Assembly: GCA_963706595.1 (NCBI GenBank)
Contig: OY970166.1
Location: 896,001-960,000 of the forward strand
Length of the DNA: 64,000 bases
From: an uncultured cyanobacterium
Lineage (GTDB): Bacteria > Cyanobacteriota > Cyanobacteriia > Cyanobacteriales > Nostocaceae
Reading direction: 5' to 3'
Shown piece after piece: positions 63,002 to 64,000 of the stretch. The notes under the pieces were generated by a model, which worked only from the letters and a program-made list of their open reading frames with translations, ran no database searches and was not told where the DNA came from. How positions within the stretch are numbered: the stretch's first letter is position 1; each line of letters opens with the position of its first letter. The position numbers and the translations under genes were made by a program.

Positions 63002-64000
63002 ATGGAAGCCAAAATTTACAAGAAACTAATTGCTAAACGGTTGAGTGCAGATTTTAAATCATCTGTGGAAATTGTGGAGGTTCCTATTCCTGAACCTACA
63101 GCTAACGAAGTTTTAATTCGGAACCAATTTGCGGGTGTTAATGGCGGTTTTGATACTTTGCTTTGTCGTGGTGAAGTTCCTTTTGCTAACTTAACTCCCC
63201 CTTTTGATGTGGGTGTGGAAGCGGTGGGAGAAGTGGTAGCTGTGGGCGAAAATGTCTCAGATTTTACTGTTGGTGATACAGTTCAAACTATTGCTCGTGG
63301 TGGTGGTTATCGTGAATATCAGGCTGTAGATTCTAAATTAGCATTTAAGGTGCGTGAATCCAGACCAGAGGTGTTAACTTTAATGCCTACAGGTGTATCA
63401 GCTTTGGTTGCACTGGAACAAGTCGGTGAGATGAAAAGTAACGAAGTTGTTTTGGTGACGGCTGCGGCTGGTGGTACTGGTCATATTGCTGTACAGTTAG
63501 CGAAGCTAGCCGGTAATCATGTGATTGGTACTTGTGGTTCTGAGACTAAGGCACAGTTACTGAGAAATTTAGGGTGCGATCGCATTATCAACTATCGCCA
63601 AGAAAATCTCAACCAAGTCCTCAAACAAGAATACCCCAATGGCATTAATTTGATTTTTGAGTGTGTGGGGAAAGAGGTTTTTGATACCTGCGTTGATAAC
63701 TTAGCCGTGGGGGGACGTTTAGTTGTGGTGGGTTTTATCTCTGAATATGCGAAGCAGCCAGAACAAGTTACCCAACCCCGCATTTATCAGCAGTTATTTT
63801 GGAAAGGTGCTTCTGTGCGTGGCTTTTTCATGCCTCATTATAGTCAATATTTGGCCGAGGCAAGCGATCGCCTGTCAAATCTCTTCTACACAGATAAATT
63901 AAAAGTTGCTGTTGACCCGACGCAATTCTTAGGTATAGAGTCTATCCCTTCTGCTGTAGAATATTTACTTAGTGGTCAAAACTGTGGCAAAGTAGTTGTG
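63002..64000 (+). CDS. MDR-superfamily NAD(P)-dependent oxidoreductase (quinone/prostaglandin reductase-like), runs off the window
   Basis: Not in the ORF track. MEAKIYKKLIAKR...AGVNGGFD...GVEAVGEV...VLVTAAAGGTG stays open to the window end. Confidence 0.9.
   Translation, partial: MEAKIYKKLIAKRLSADFKSSVEIVEVPIPEPTANEVLIRNQFAGVNGGFDTLLCRGEVPFANLTPPFDVGVEAVGEVVAVGENVSDFTVGDTVQTIARGGGYREYQAVDSKLAFKVRESRPEVLTLMPTGVSALVALEQVGEMKSNEVVLVTAAAGGTGHIAVQLAKLAGNHVIGTCGSETKAQLLRNLGCDRIINYRQENLNQVLKQEYPNGINLIFECVGKEVFDTCVDNLAVGGRLVVVGFISEYAKQPEQVTQPRIYQQLFWKGASVRGFFMPHYSQYLAEASDRLSNLFYTDKLKVAVDPTQFLGIESIPSAVEYLLSGQNCGKVVV

Overview
64 kb of chromosome from a filamentous cyanobacterium, probably Nostocales. 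The evidence is frequent HIP1 (GCGATCGC), heptamer STRRs, and chlI, cruF/cruG and rpaA. Core genes are ligA, truB, chlI, rplU-rpmA, cruF-cruG, rnhA, rpaA, holB, a NurA-family nuclease, a Mn/Zn ABC transporter and hisS. Accessory material is interspersed: (i) a cluster at 1.4-4.2 kb of two toxin-antitoxin pairs, a Uma2 gene and an orphan 9-repeat CRISPR array with a structured leader and no cas genes in the window; (ii) a redox cluster (OYE reductase, frameshifted heme catalase, isochorismatase-like, DsbA-like) beside a multi-GAF/NarL two-component pair; (iii) an ABC-type ATPase plus TOPRIM-like gene pair inserted inside the metal-transport operon, the best candidate for an uncharacterised defence system; (iv) a Pol-beta/RlaP-type nucleotidyltransferase; (v) a nitrilase-fold protein with an altered catalytic triad in an operon with an ALDH and a small beta-barrel protein. 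There are many tiny mobile repeats: GTAG-type REPs, a ~104 bp MITE inserted at GTAG, other MITEs with target duplications, and a 24-nt in-frame insertion into a HIP1 site of the catalase. Three genes are frameshifted (holB, catalase, PEP-CTERM) and several gene relics are present. All family calls come from reading motifs by eye; no database searches were run.
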